Assembly: GCA_964016885.1 (NCBI GenBank)
Contig: OZ024741.1
Span: 147,436,001 to 147,500,000, forward strand
Origin: Eledone cirrhosa
Taxonomy: Eukaryota
Length of the DNA: 64,000 nt
Direction of reading: 5' to 3'
The notes under the pieces are model-generated. The model ran no database searches and was not told the DNA's origin. It saw only the letters and a list, made by a program, of their open reading frames with translations. Positions 1-13,980 of the stretch are shown piece by piece (position 1 is the first letter of the stretch; every line of letters begins with the position of its first letter). The position numbers and the translations under genes are program-made.

Positions 1-409
1 GCCATCTTGTTTTTGTGTGTGTTGTGTGCTTAGTTTGCGCATGTGTTACATCCGGGTGTCTGTGTGTGTTTATATTTGTTTATTTATTTGTTTATTTACA
101 TGTTACTGGTTGGTTATTTATTCTATGTGTGTGTGTGTTTTCATTTTGTCCTTAATTGTAAGTTGTGATGTTGGTATTCCATTCATGAGAGGCACAAAAA
201 CAAAGAAAAGAATCCCCAGTCACTGAAGAAGTCACAGAATGTGTGACGAAAGAACTTTAACAATATATGAACAATCGTCTGGTTGTGGAACCAACCAACC
301 AACCGGAAATTTATAAATTCCTAAATTTAATAATTTAATTTATAATAAATTGAAGTGAAAGTAACTGGTGCGTGTGTTTCTTATTGGCAACATGACCCTC
401 CCAAAGTAT

Positions 410-416
<7 letters not shown>
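1..416. mobile_element. Penelope-like element family A terminal (pLTR) fragment with internal inversion
   Basis: 1-186 is the reverse complement of ~18040-18320 and ~45810-45990. 187-416 matches ~46010-46146 and ~18340-18570 in forward orientation. It carries a degenerate hammerhead (CTGAAGA 223-229, GAAA 248-251) and ends in (TA)n. Confidence 0.85.
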
Positions 417-447
<31 letters not shown>

Positions 448-459
448 GAACTAACTCTA

Positions 460-1570
460 CTTATGCTGTTGAAGGGGGCAAGCTTCAGGCTTACGGCAAG
501 AGCACCCTGGTGGGTGTTGCACCTAGGGCTGCTGGTGATGTGGGCCTTCAAGTTCTTAGCGCAGGAGTATCCTAGTTTAACTTTGTGTCGGTTAAAGATG
601 GACCGGTATTTATGAACTATGGGAAAGTGTCTATCTAAGAGGGCTAGACATTTTTTCCCTTACACTGGTTTTAACGTTGAGTGAGAAGGGAGGAGAGAAC
701 CAGATAGTTTCTCTATTGTTGCGCTTACTTTTCTTAATGGTGTTGTTGCTAGTGGGAGAGTAAGTGATAGGTTGTGAGAAGCCGCTGTTAGCCAACGCCG
801 TGATATAGTAGGGTGCCGCCCTGTCAAAGATAGCCTTATTAGAGGAGAGGTTTGAGATTCTAGTACTGATATTCTTAACGAAGGACCAGGGTGCTCTTGC
901 CGTAAGCCTGAAGCTTGCCCCCTTCAACAGCAATGTAACACACCAGCTGTAATTTATGAAGCTGTGGTCACTTCCAACCGACCAAACAAACCACAGGAGG
1001 TCAAATCCTGTGTGGGCATGGCGAAGGGCCGATTTAAGGAACGTTTCCTGAACCACCAGTCTACTTTCAGGTACTCGGACAGACGTTCATCCATGAAACT
1101 CGCGAGCCACGTATGGTCCCTCAAGGACTAAAGTATAGACTACTCCATTCAATGGAAAGCCATCACTAAGTCCAAGCCATAAGCAAGGGGAAATCCGACG
1201 TGTGGCTTATGTATTGGCGAACGAATAACTATTCTAAAGAGATTATGCAATAGTGATTGCCTAAACATAAGAATTGAATTTTTCACACGTTGTCCACACG
1301 TCGCCAAACTCCTATTGCATAACTACAAGGCTCCGGACTGATTCTTTGTAATTTTAGTTTCAACCTAAACACTTTTCAGACTTTCTCAGTTATCTCCCTT
1401 ACACCTCTCGCACGCAGTCTAGTATTGCCTGTGTGAAGTGACCGCATGCGCGTTCGTACGGTTGTCCTTCCTGTTCCTATAACCATACCCATTCCGAGTT
1501 GAGGATCCGCTAAGGTGAAACAATTGTTCTCGGTATGGTGGACTAACTGTTGTATAACCACTTCTATAAC

Positions 1571-1575
<5 letters not shown>
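460..1575 (+). mobile_element. 5'-truncated, 5'-inverted Penelope-like element (family B), pseudogenised
   Basis: 886-1340 (+) translates with stops to a PLE GIY-YIG C-terminus (CSCRKPEACPLQQQC..VIYEA..FKERFLNHQSTF..LASHVWSLK..CGLC..CPH). The upstream RT-thumb region is on the - strand (RISNLSSNKAIF..IWFSPPFS). 464-510 and 886-932 are a 47-bp inverted duplication at the breakpoint. Confidence 0.85.
1494..1533 (+). ncRNA. Type I hammerhead ribozyme motif (C3U variant) in PLE-B 3' end
   Basis: CCGAG-TTGAGGA-tcc gctaa ggt-GAAA-CAATTG-TT-CTCGG. Stem I is CCGAG/CTCGG (extendable) and stem III is palindromic. Confidence 0.75.
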
Positions 1576-1630
<55 letters not shown>

Positions 1631-1634
<4 letters not shown>

Positions 1635-1876
1635 ACAGATTAAAGTTTAAGCAAAGAATCGCTGCTTTCACCCTTAACGGGATCTTCTGAAACTAACAAA
1701 GTCAATCTGTAAACGCAGAACTGGATATTTCAAAAAACGTTGCAACCGGAGGAAGACAGGAAGACGATACTTTGGTTCGTGGAAACGTTCGCTGGCAAAG
1801 AACGGGAAAAAACGAATATAATACGTCATTAATAGGAGCGGTGAAAAACAATTACGCGCAAAGACAGAACCACGTT

Positions 1877-1878
<2 letters not shown>
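1631..1878 (+). repeat. Interspersed repeat, probably Helitron-internal
   Basis: The same sequence (aaagtttaagcaaagaatcgctgctttcac...) recurs at ~5406-5640 inside the Helitron-bounded block and at ~37140-37295 beside a Helitron. Confidence 0.65.
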
Positions 1879-1930
<52 letters not shown>

Positions 1931-2153
1931 CAGGGTCGGTGGAACTAGGAGGGGAACCCCATTTACCCCCCACCCCATAATTATATTTTTCTCCTCATCT
2001 ATTTAGATATGCGCTACACTTTATGTACATGTTATGTTGATCGCATATCGAAGTTTTCCTGTCATTTTAGTGTGAAAAGAGCTAAACTAATCACTATAAC
2101 TAAATTGACCAAATTTGGCCCCCCATAATTCAGAAATGTTTCCACCGCCTCTG
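1931..2153. mobile_element. MITE with hAT-like terminal inverted repeats
   Basis: TIRs are cagggtcggtggaa / ttccaccgcctctg. A partial second copy lies at ~31250-31473. No clear TSD because the flanks are microsatellite. Confidence 0.6.
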
Positions 2154-2375
2154 TATATATATATATATATATATATATAATCATGTGTTTATGGACGTGA
2201 GAAAAGGAACTCGGTATCAAACTAGTGTTTAAATATTCATTTAACTGATTAGATTGGCCTATATATATATATACATGTACATTTACCAAGATGCACACTG
2301 ACGATGTATGTGTGTAAGTATTTGTGTCTATATATATGTGTGTGTATACATGTATATGCGTCTATATATATATGT

Positions 2376-2428
<53 letters not shown>

Positions 2429-2494
2429 TAAGTTATTCCGGGTTGAATCGGAGGTAACCACAGTAAGTAAGGTACTCAATACATAGCAGAGTAT

Positions 2495-2610
2495 AAAAGT
2501 TTTAATATAGATGAGATTCTACACGACTAGAACTGTTTCATTCTTGAGAAATCATCAGGAATCTCAAGAATGAAACAGTTCTAGTCCTGTAGAATCTCAT
2601 CTATATTATA
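2495..2610. repeat. Fold-back (~47-bp arms) whose turn-around lies in a truncated hammerhead
   Basis: Arms are taatatagatgagattctac..cttgaga / tctcaag..gtagaatctcatctatatta. The - strand reads CTGATGA-tttctcaagaat-GAAA-cagttc at 2525-2560. Confidence 0.7.
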
Positions 2611-2807
2611 TATATATGAGTGTGTATGTGTGTGTGTGTGTGTATTAGGTTTTTTTTATAGGGAAAATTTGTTAGTTGAAATCACCTAATGTCGATTGCG
2701 CGCTGGATTCATTTCACATAAAAGCTACAGAGGCAAAAATATGAGAAGATACGATATATTTAGAGGTTGCATACTTTGCTGCTTTTTGAATGCTATGCCC
2801 AAAATAA

Positions 2808-2975
2808 TTGTTTCTACTTTTGGCACAAGGCCAGAAATTACCGCAGTACATTATTGGTACTTTATTTCATCGACCCCGTAAGGATGAAAGGCAAAGTTAA
2901 CCTCGGTGGGATTTGAACTCAGACAGTAAAGGGTCGTAACTCTATGCTGAAAAGCATAGTGTCCGACTCTCTAAT
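2808..2975 (-). mobile_element. tRNA-derived SINE (octopus OK/Nin-domain-like)
   Basis: B-box GAGTTCAAATCCC on the - strand and core tcgaccccgtaaggatgaaaggcaaagttaacctcgg. About 11 copies occur in the window. Confidence 0.85.
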
Positions 2976-3469
2976 GCAAACATTTTACTTCATTATTTGT
3001 TGATTGTAGCTAGGTTGTATTTTTCGTCCATTTTCGTCTGTGTCCATGCAAGAGACGTTTCTACCATTTATAGAATCTTAAATGAAAAATAAATGAATCA
3101 TAAATTTAAACTATTTATGTGAAAATATTTTGACATCAGTTATTAGTTTTCATTGTTCGTACAAAGAAGTATTTGGTATTGCGTTGATGAGGAGAGCTTT
3201 TTGATATTTGTTTTGATAATTCAACATGATAATAAGTTAACAATACGGTTTCTTGTATCGTTGGTTCTTAGGTTCATTGCATTGTTGGTTCAGTGTTGGT
3301 TTTGTTGCCTAGTAGCAAACACGCTGATTTTGGCCCAGTTCCATCCGTTGTTACAAAGTTATGAAATAATTTTCTTGTCTTTTGCTTTTCATTACCCGAA
3401 TGGGTTCCAGAAATGTAAAAACTCAAAGACTCGTTAAAATAAAATTGATTAATTGAGTTTGCTTTACAT

Positions 3470-4345
3470 CTTTCATGGCGAATAAAAAAGAGGAAACCAA
3501 ATTTGGCATCTTGAGAAAAATCACAACGGGACAGTTATCTCAGACTCTTCGTAAAAGACATTAGCCAGAAGATCCAAGAAGTGTGGATAAAAGCAAATAT
3601 CCCTACCAAAATAGCAAAAAACATCTGCTCTTCAATCGAGAAATTGATAAGGAGTATCAAGGACTGATAAAAGAAAAATCAAGGAAGACTGATAAAGCAA
3701 TTACAAAGTCTGTAATTTGGAAAGGTGATCTCGAGGAAATGTTTGACATTGCAAGCCAGGACCTTCTCAATTAAAATGATATCCCATCTAAAGACAAAGC
3801 TTTCCTTGAGACACAGTGAAAAGATCCGATGTCTTCATTTATGACGGGTGTTGATGCAGAACATGTGAGAGCCATTTAGAAGGAAAAGAAGATTGACAAT
3901 ATGAAAATAAGAAAGAGAAAACAAGATGAAGATGTTTGAGAAAAGCTTTTGAAAGTTCGTCATCCAGCTCAGTTATTAGTGATGATGATGATGAAATCTT
4001 CAAGTCAGCACCACACCGAAAATCACTGTGAATAAAGACGACTCTCAACGCCACTCTTGTTGTCACATAGGAGCGGGACAAACTATCGGTATAACAATCA
4101 AGTACTTCTTACATCACAATTGCGGAGAGTCTTGGTCACGATGTGTCTGAACTTTCGATTTCCCTCTCAACTGTTTATCGAGCAAGAACCAGTCACCATG
4201 AGAAGATGGCTAAGGAAATCAAGTTCCCACCTGAAAACGGATCCTGGCTAGTCCTCCACTAGGATGGAGAATCATTACTATCGGCTTCCCGATCTAGCAC
4301 ACTCGAAGATCGAATTGTAGTTTTAGTTGAGACTTCATCGATAAG
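3470..4345 (+). pseudogene. Decayed DNA transposase fragment (probably hATm-type)
   Basis: Frame-broken peptides LEEMFDIA..KDKAFLETQ..MTGVD, AESLGHDVSELSISLSTVYRAR and LVLH*DGE..EDRIVVLV recall the HWDGK-type transposases. The family assignment is from memory and was not searched. Confidence 0.55.
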
Positions 4346-4495
4346 TCTTATCAAACTATTCTGAATGATGATGAGCCCATGGAAGATTTTTACCAGCAAA
4401 GAGGGAGATGGTTGAATATCTCCTAACAGTACTGCTTTCTGGAGATCAACCCTGAGAAGACTAAGCCAACCTAAAAGTAGAAGGCTTCACTATGT

Positions 4496-4590
4496 TCCCT
4501 TACTACATTTTCCAGAACCAAGATACAGCACTGACCATCTCAATAAATTATGACAAAAATTACTGTAAAAAGATTCTTTCATCAGAGGGA
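4496..4590 (-). ncRNA. Type I hammerhead motif with long stem II insert
   Basis: The - strand reads TCCCT-CTGATGA-a agaatc..ggttct g-GAAA-atgtag-TA-AGGGA. The inverted partial copy at 4637-4682 preserves GAAA-CTGCAG-TA-AGGGA (palindromic stem III). Confidence 0.75.
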
Positions 4591-4794
4591 TTCTTTTAAG
4601 GATAAAAAAAAATTAAAAATGATATAAACCTGTTAGGAAACTGCAGTAAGGGAACATAGTGAAGCCTTCTACTTTTAGGTTGTTTTACTAGGAATCTTCT
4701 CCTAGGAAAAAACGCATGTGAAGTTTTCTTGTTTTAGATTACTTTACTGGGATCTACCAGTCGGTGACTAATATATATCTCTATCTCTATCTCT

Positions 4795-6766
4795 ATCTCT
4801 ATATATATAAAACGGTAGATGTCTGTCTGTGTGTGTGTATGATTTTTATGCATTTCTACATTTCTCTACCGATGTTGATGATCTTTTTCCAATGTGCTCC
4901 AAATTTACCAAGTCAGGTCAACGCGTAATAATTTTTGCCAAAAGTGTCCTGCTTCTATGAAAAAATATCGATAAATCTAAATACATGCTGTAACCCTCTC
5001 TCTTACACGCTTCATTCATCTCACTACTACCATAAAAAATCTATGAAACGACATACATGTTGCAACTCTCTATATATATATCACACACACACACACACGC
5101 ACACATATACATCTAAAGAGAGAAAGGGAGATGTAGAGAGAGAGAGTGAGATAGGTCGTTATACAGAGAGAGGTACAATATAATCAGATAGAGACAGAGA
5201 GAGAGAGAATGGCGACGAACGGTGGTTCAAACACATACACACACACAAACACATATATATATAAAGACAGAGAGAATGTGACAGAGAGAGAGAGAGATCT
5301 GCGCGTTCTTTATTGTTCTCCATTCTGTAGAAGAAGAGAGAGAGAGCGGGTATGAGTGAGAGAGAGAGAGAGGGTATGAAAAAAAGGGCGAGGGGGTTGA
5401 GAAAGAAAGTTTAAGCAAAGAATCGCTGCTTTCAACATTAACGGGATCTTCTGAAACTAATAAATTCAATCTGTGAACGCAGAATTAAATATTTCGAGAA
5501 ACATTGCAACCGAAGGAAAACAGGAAGACGATATTTTGGTTCGTGAAGACGTTCCGTGGCAATGAACGGAAAAAAAGCGAGGATAATACGTCGTTATGTG
5601 GAGCGAGAAGAACAATTTCATGCAAAGACGAGACCAAGTTAATGTTATAAATGGAGTCGTTAGACTAATATTCTATTTAAAATAACAAAATGATTTCCAG
5701 CCCCGGAGTTTAAGAATGATGTAAATAAAATTGTAAACGAAAATGACAGAGGTTATTAAAATAGTTGTTTCTACTTTTGGCACAAGGCCAGCAAATACCC
5801 AGTACATTACTGGTACTTTATTTTATCAACCCCGTAAGGATGAAAGGCAAAGTTAACCTCGACCGGATTTTAACTTTGCCTTAAAATAGTAAAAGTAAAT
5901 AGTGAAGATTTAGGCCAGTACATACGTATGCGCCGACGGACATACACATACATATACCCCCCCCCCCCACACACACACACGCGTGTGTGTGTAAACCATA
6001 TACATTTCTAGAGTATTTTCACCAAACTTAAGACATAGGTTACTTATGTACTCCGGATGGTCATGGGCACTTTCATTTTTCCAGATATTGATTATAGGGC
6101 CTCCCGGCAGATAACCCCCTTCAACCACTTCCTTGGAGTTGACTGAAGCACTGCAGTGCAATGCAACAAAACGTCATAACTTCTGGAGTTCGCAAACGAT
6201 TTTCACAAAACCTGACACATGGGCTACGTTTGTTCTACAGATGAATGTGAAAGGAACTTAACATTGTAACTTTAACACAGCTACTGAGCGCTCCGAGCAA
6301 CGCCGGGCTTTACTGCTATAGGCGATAAAGTTGTGCAGACAGACAGTCGTGCAGAGAGGTGATATAGGCGATAAAGTTGTGCAGACAGACAGTCGTGCAG
6401 GGAGGTGATAGGCCATAAAATTGCATTCATGTCCATCAATTTCTTTGTTTCAAAATAACTGATAGTTAGGTTACACTGATGTTTTTCTCTGAGACAAGTG
6501 TTGCAGTGTTTACATTTTCGATTTTTGTTAATAGATTACCAGTGCAGTTTTTATCCCCAGCATCCTCTTTTGTTTTAACATTCGAGTTATCGTTATTTTT
6601 TCTTAACTTCATAAGGCATACTGTTGGTTGAGGGAATATTAATCAAAAGTACCACATGAAAGTCTACACTGTAGACTCTACAGTTTTTAAGCCAAGAAAG
6701 GAACTTAACATTGTAACTTTAACACAGCTACTGAGCAGCCCTGAGCAACGCCGGGCTTTACTGTTA

Positions 6767-6768
<2 letters not shown>
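4795..6768 (+). mobile_element. Composite non-autonomous Helitron with two tandem 3' ends
   Basis: The 5' end is TC..tatatataaaacggtagatgtctgtctgt. The 3' hairpin end gagcaacgccgggctttactg(c/t)ta occurs at ~6295-6320 and ~6743-6768. The 3' part matches the reverse complement of 46147-46600. A SINE fragment lies at 5766-5875. Confidence 0.7.
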
Positions 6769-6861
<93 letters not shown>

Positions 6862-7216
6862 TTGGAGAAAGAGTCTTTACCATAGGTGATAATATAAAAG
6901 GCGAGAAGTCAAGGATTTGATAAACACGAACATGGTGGTTCATTAATGTGCAATGAATTGAAAATCCTCTCTGCTCATCTGGGCGATTCGACATTGAGAC
7001 AGCTTAATGGTGCCATTCATATATCAGAAACAAAATCCATCCACTCTCTCAATAGATAATATTAATGAAATAGCAATAGCTCCAAAGCGCCGGCGCCAAT
7101 ATCTAATTGCTAATGCTAAACCTTGATACATAAGGATATATCCATATGTGAAGGTGTGGATGTTATATATATATAACTGGCAATAGTGTAATAGGGGAGT
7201 ATGTGAAAGTATATAC

Positions 7217-7504
7217 CAGTCATGGGCAACCTGCAGCCCGCGAATTTTTCTGAATGTCTCGCCTAAGTCACTTAAGTGAAATCTTTCTGATTTTTTTACC
7301 CCAACTTTTCAGTCGTAATTTATCTTTCTATCATTTTTACGAGCGAGGAAAGCAACGTGTACGAATTCTGAAGAAAAAAATCAAAACAACCTGAGTTACC
7401 GCCCTTTTTTATGTGGGCAAGAATGTAAATTAGCCCTTGCGGCTCACCTGATGATTAACCATATCTCATACAGCCCGTTTCTCGAAAAAGGGCGCCCATG
7501 CCTG
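7217..7504. mobile_element. hAT (Charlie-like) MITE
   Basis: TIRs are cagtcatgggcaacc / gggcgcccatgcctg, with a perfect 8-bp TSD GTATATAC at 7209-7216 and 7505-7512. Confidence 0.85.
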
Positions 7505-8008
7505 GTATATACTATATGTTTATATACACTAAACATGGACGCCTCGCTATTAAAGAAAAAATATTTGTCTCGTTACGAAAAACAATTATTTTTCTTTATT
7601 TTGCTTTGTGAATACATCACAGATATGACAGTAACAGTCGAGAATGCCGAACAGCATTGTTTCAAGATTCATTACTCTTTCATCAGTCACATTCACTCAA
7701 CCCGTACTGTAATGTAAAGAGACTAGAGTCTATATAGATTTTATGTGATGAACGTTTGTCGGAGATGCTCATTTGCATGTAGCAAATAGAAAACATTGTG
7801 TGTCAATCCTCATTTGCATATAGAGCGAAGTTGACTGGTTATAATTAATTGGCAGTATCGTTTAGCGTAATAGGGGTGTACATGAAAGCAAATAGTATTT
7901 TTTTTGTTTTTTGATAACGAGGCTCCCATATGTTTATTGTATATAATCATATAGTTTATACTTAATAATTGCGACGCCTTTAACATTGTATTGATCTAAA
8001 TCCACCAT

Positions 8009-8167
<159 letters not shown>

Positions 8168-9279
8168 TGGTCCCTTTGGTAGTGAGCATCTGTTGGTAAC
8201 GAATTCTGTTGTGTTTTCATACAAAAATAGCGAATGAAAAGCTAATGTAACAAAACCTAACTAAGCTTAGTGTCTTCTCCAACTTTATTTCTTTCTAACT
8301 GCCTTGTTTTGAACGAAATTTTACAGAAATACATTTTCCATGGTATAGATTTTGATTATGCTGATGAAATTCGATGAAGATTTAATTAATTTTTAAAAAT
8401 ACTTACATTAAATTATAATTTTGTTCCTTAATGCTTTCACTTGCTTGAATGCTTTCCTTTTGCGTACGTAGTAGTAGGCTAAACGTAAACTCGAGGATGT
8501 TTTTCATCGTGCCTCCCAATTTCATGTTGATAATGAACAATTCCATCTTAATAATGAATAATATCAATCAGAATAATGTTATAGATTTTCTACTGGCAAG
8601 TAATGTCATTTTTAGAACTATGAATTGTGAAAAAGAAATAATATTAATATAATCATAATCTAAACCTTTGAAATTGTATCTCTGCATTTCATTAAAAAAT
8701 ATACATTATTAATATGCATTATGGTGAAATTCGTAGAACCACTACATTTACATTATTGTTAAGCTAGTAATGAAAGGTCGCTTGAGCATACTCACGCAAA
8801 TTCGTTCTAAGATATTGCTGATCTGTAATTTAGCTTTGCTTCTTCTTTTCTGTGTATGGTATATTGTACCCACTTTTACTTTCGGATGCTATTATATTTG
8901 TAATAGTTTCTGAAGTGGTTTTGTTAAAAACTGTTCACATAATTTTAAGAGAACTGCTGGGAATCCATCAAAGTGTATTGCTGAATATAAACTCATTTCA
9001 TTTATGGGTGGTATTACATTTATTCCCGTCTCAATGTAGTCAATGCAATAGCTGTTCGCTGCCGCTTCTGTATATAGAGTTGTTGTGTCGAAGAACTCGT
9101 ATGGCTTAGTTATCTACGCAGAAGTGAAAACATTTTTGAATTGATAATTCAGTACTTCCCTTATCATTTTTGAAGGGTTGGGATAGGGTAAGTACTTGGA
9201 AGGAACAGACGTAAAAATGTATAAACACACAAGCAAACAAAAACACATATATGAATATATGCATACATGTATGTATATA

Positions 9280-9350
<71 letters not shown>

Positions 9351-9468
9351 TAAAACATGTCTTTAGAATCACTAGATATAATATATACCATTTCCTCTCC
9401 CAATTAGCATAATTAACCATATAAAAAATCAATTAGACCAAGCTATAAGAATAAAGGCTCCTATGAAG

Positions 9469-9705
9469 AAATCTCCGACAAATAACCGAAAGCAGCCCCT
9501 TCGCAGCGGCTACGAACATTTCGACAGCATGTAGAAATCGACCAGATATACAGTCAACTAAACACAATTAGGTGTAAAATAAACTTAAAATCTCCGACAA
9601 ATAACCGAAAGCAGCCCCTTCGCGGCGGCTACGAACATTTCGACAGCATGTAGAAATCGACCAGATATACAGTCAACTAAACACAATTAGGTGTAAAATA
9701 AACTT
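9469..9705. repeat. Tandem direct repeat, 2 x ~118 bp
   Basis: aaatctccgacaaataaccgaaagc...aaataaactta is duplicated almost perfectly. Confidence 0.9.
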
Positions 9706-9730
9706 AGAAGAAATGCGTACATATTTAATT

Positions 9731-9810
9731 ACCTCTACCATGATTTCATCCGTATTTTAAGACATCCGATAACAGGGAATGTCCAAAGCTTCGGATTCAT
9801 CAGAAGTGAG
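9731..9810 (-). ncRNA. Type I hammerhead motif, weak stem I
   Basis: The - strand reads ctt-CTGATGA-ATCCG..CGGAT-GAAA-TCATGG-TA-gag. Confidence 0.6.
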
Positions 9811-9879
9811 CTCAAAATTAGACAATTAATTTTCCAAAGTGATCGCGCCAAAAATACATTCAAAAATATATATATATAA

Positions 9880-9939
<60 letters not shown>

Positions 9940-10063
9940 CATTATATATTACATTATATATATTACATTATATATATTACATTATATATATATTACATTA
10001 TATATATATTACATTATATATATATATATTATATATATATATATTACATTATATATATATTAC

Positions 10064-10101
<38 letters not shown>

Positions 10102-10510
10102 TAAATTTAGTCCTTCATCAGTGATCTTCCAACCTTCATTGGTATTTCATCGCTTTAAAGACCATATACCTCCAGTTGGTGCGAGCAACGGCTAAAGAAA
10201 GTCGTTGGGACACGTAAGTAAGGGGAACGAGCGAGACTGTAAACAATCAAAGATGGTAATGCAACGAAGAGTGAGGAAGAAGGAGTCAAGTCCCAGATAT
10301 CGATGAATATAAGTTCTGTGAAATCGTGGACGAGAGAGAATAAGGACCATCAAACCTGGTCGAAATGTGAGCAAGGAAAGAATTTCGCACAGGTCAAACG
10401 GGAGGAAGAAGGAGTCAAATCCCTGAAATCAGTGAACATAAGTTCTGTGAAATCGTAGACGAGAGAGAATAAAGAACAACCGGCCTGGTCAAAGTGTGCG
10501 TGAGGAAAGA

Positions 10511-10649
<139 letters not shown>

Positions 10650-10717
10650 CAAGGTCTAGCAAATAGAGAAAATGTTTTTAGTTAAATTTTAAAAAATTCG
10701 CAGTACTTACTATATGT

Positions 10718-10799
10718 GCCTTTACTGCGGTTTCATGCTCCAGAATTAACGGAAAATCCAAGCGGATTTTCATTGAGAAGGGACCAATCTTCAGAGGGC
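10718..10799 (-). ncRNA. Degenerate type I hammerhead motif
   Basis: The - strand reads gccct-CTGAAGA-ttg..cat-GAAA-CCGCAG-TA-aaggc. Stem I has one mismatch and stem II is weak. Confidence 0.5.
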
Positions 10800-11147
10800 T
10801 CTTCTCTCCCGGAGAATATAAAATTCCCGAGTTCAATTCACAAACTGACGCCATACAAAATCATTCCGAAATGAGAGCAAATGATGGAAGAAATAATTCT
10901 GTCTGGTGCCCGGTGCAAAGACAAAAGGCAGGGTTGACAGGTCAATGTCCTGCCACTAGAAATAGCAGCAGTCCAAACGGCCAAAATGTTATCTCTACCT
11001 TAGGGGGAGATTAATAATAATAAAGTATGAATTCCTACATGTAAAAAATACATATAGGGAAACAAGTATTATCCAACCGTATGCCAATGTGGTTCTATGG
11101 CGGGTTAATAAATTAACAAGCCAGTATATATGTGTATATATATATAC

Positions 11148-12110
<963 letters not shown>

Positions 12111-12212
12111 TATATATATATATATATGTATATATATACAGATATAGATGTATATATATATATATACACAGATATATATATATATATTTATATATATATA
12201 TACAGATATATA

Positions 12213-12284
<72 letters not shown>

Positions 12285-12315
12285 CATATATATATATATA
12301 CATAAATATATATAC

Positions 12316-12358
<43 letters not shown>

Positions 12359-13532
12359 TATATACACACATATATATAGACTCATATATACATATATATA
12401 CAGATGCATGCACATATATATATATGCATATGTATTTATATTCATGTACATATATTTAAGTGTGTATATGTATGTGTATGTATATATGGGTGATGCATAT
12501 CTACCTATATGTGTAGGTACGTTTATGTGTATATATGTGGGAATTGTGTATATATATGTATATGCATACAATTCGATTACACTTGTTTATAAGGACTATC
12601 TTAAGGTTCGTGATTAATAAACCTATATAATAACAGTCATAACTACATAACAGGTAGTTTTATTAGATATAAAACTTATATATATATTAAAAAAATTTGT
12701 ATAATAACATAAAGTGTATATAACATGAAATTTCCTGTAATATCTTTACAATTGTAACATTTATATAACTAAATAACGTAATTTCCTTCACGCTGCTTTG
12801 ATATTACATAGAAATGATTTTCTATGCTTTTATAAGATTTTCTACGAAAAATCTATAAGTTTATGAAAATTCATATATCTTAAATTAAAAAATCCTTTAT
12901 ACTTTGTATGTATATATTATGTACGTAGATATATATGTATATATATTTATACGTATATATATATTTATATGTATGTATATCTGTGCCTGCGTGTGTATAT
13001 ATATGAAGATATTCTTCTAATAATATATAGATTTTTTTATAATATATAGTCTTAATAAAAATATATAGATCTCAATTTTTAATGTATAGATCTCAATAAT
13101 TTAAATGATAAACTAAACATTTAATCATATTTAAACAATGGTTAAAATTCTCATATTATATATGTATCTTCCATTCAAGATTATTTACATTTCTCTATTC
13201 ATCCATAAAAAATAAATATTTATTTACTCTTTCACTTCATCTCAAATGTTAAGATAACTCAACAACCTATCACTTAGAGTTTTCGCTCTCTTATCTTTCT
13301 CCTTTTTCTCTCTCTTTTTTTCTTTTCGTTTTCTATTTTCTCTCTCTTGTTCTTCTCTCTCTTTCTCTCTTTCTATTTCTCCGTAACCCAACGGCTTATT
13401 TTAAAATATCCAATACTAATTTACATAATAGTATAAAAAAGGTTATAACCCCACTATCCGGGAGCTTCCAACAGTGATGGTTGCATTCTTTAAGGGTATA
13501 TCAATATTTATTTATAAAACTGCTCTATATTA

Positions 13533-13597
13533 TATTTTATCTGATGAAAGCACACCATAATTTAACTTGGTGTCCTTGAAATATGTATAATGAAATA
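13533..13597 (+). ncRNA. Type I hammerhead ribozyme, intact core
   Basis: TATTTTAT-CTGATGA-aag c acacca..tggtgt c ctt-GAAA-TATGTA-TA-ATGAAATA, with an 8-bp stem I. It lies at the 3' end of an AT-rich decayed element, probably a PLE tail. Confidence 0.85.
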
Positions 13598-13646
13598 AAT
13601 ATGGTTTTATAAATATAGTTTCCATTTGTTAATATATATATATGTA

Positions 13647-13721
<75 letters not shown>

Positions 13722-13726
13722 ATATA

Positions 13727-13771
<45 letters not shown>

Positions 13772-13776
13772 ATATA

Positions 13777-13809
<33 letters not shown>

Positions 13810-13864
13810 ATATATGTATATATATATATATATGTATATATATGCATATATGTATACATATATG

Positions 13865-13895
<31 letters not shown>

Positions 13896-13980
13896 GTATA
13901 TATATATGTATATATATATGTATATATATATATATATATATGTGTATATATATATGTAAATATATATATATATGTGTATA

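Noticed and set aside
2900-2975. tRNA gene from B-box match
   Set aside because: It is a SINE head and no cloverleaf forms.
10100-10200. CTGATGA and GAAA on the - strand
   Set aside because: The order is wrong for type I, no consistent stems were found, and it is truncated by (TA)n.
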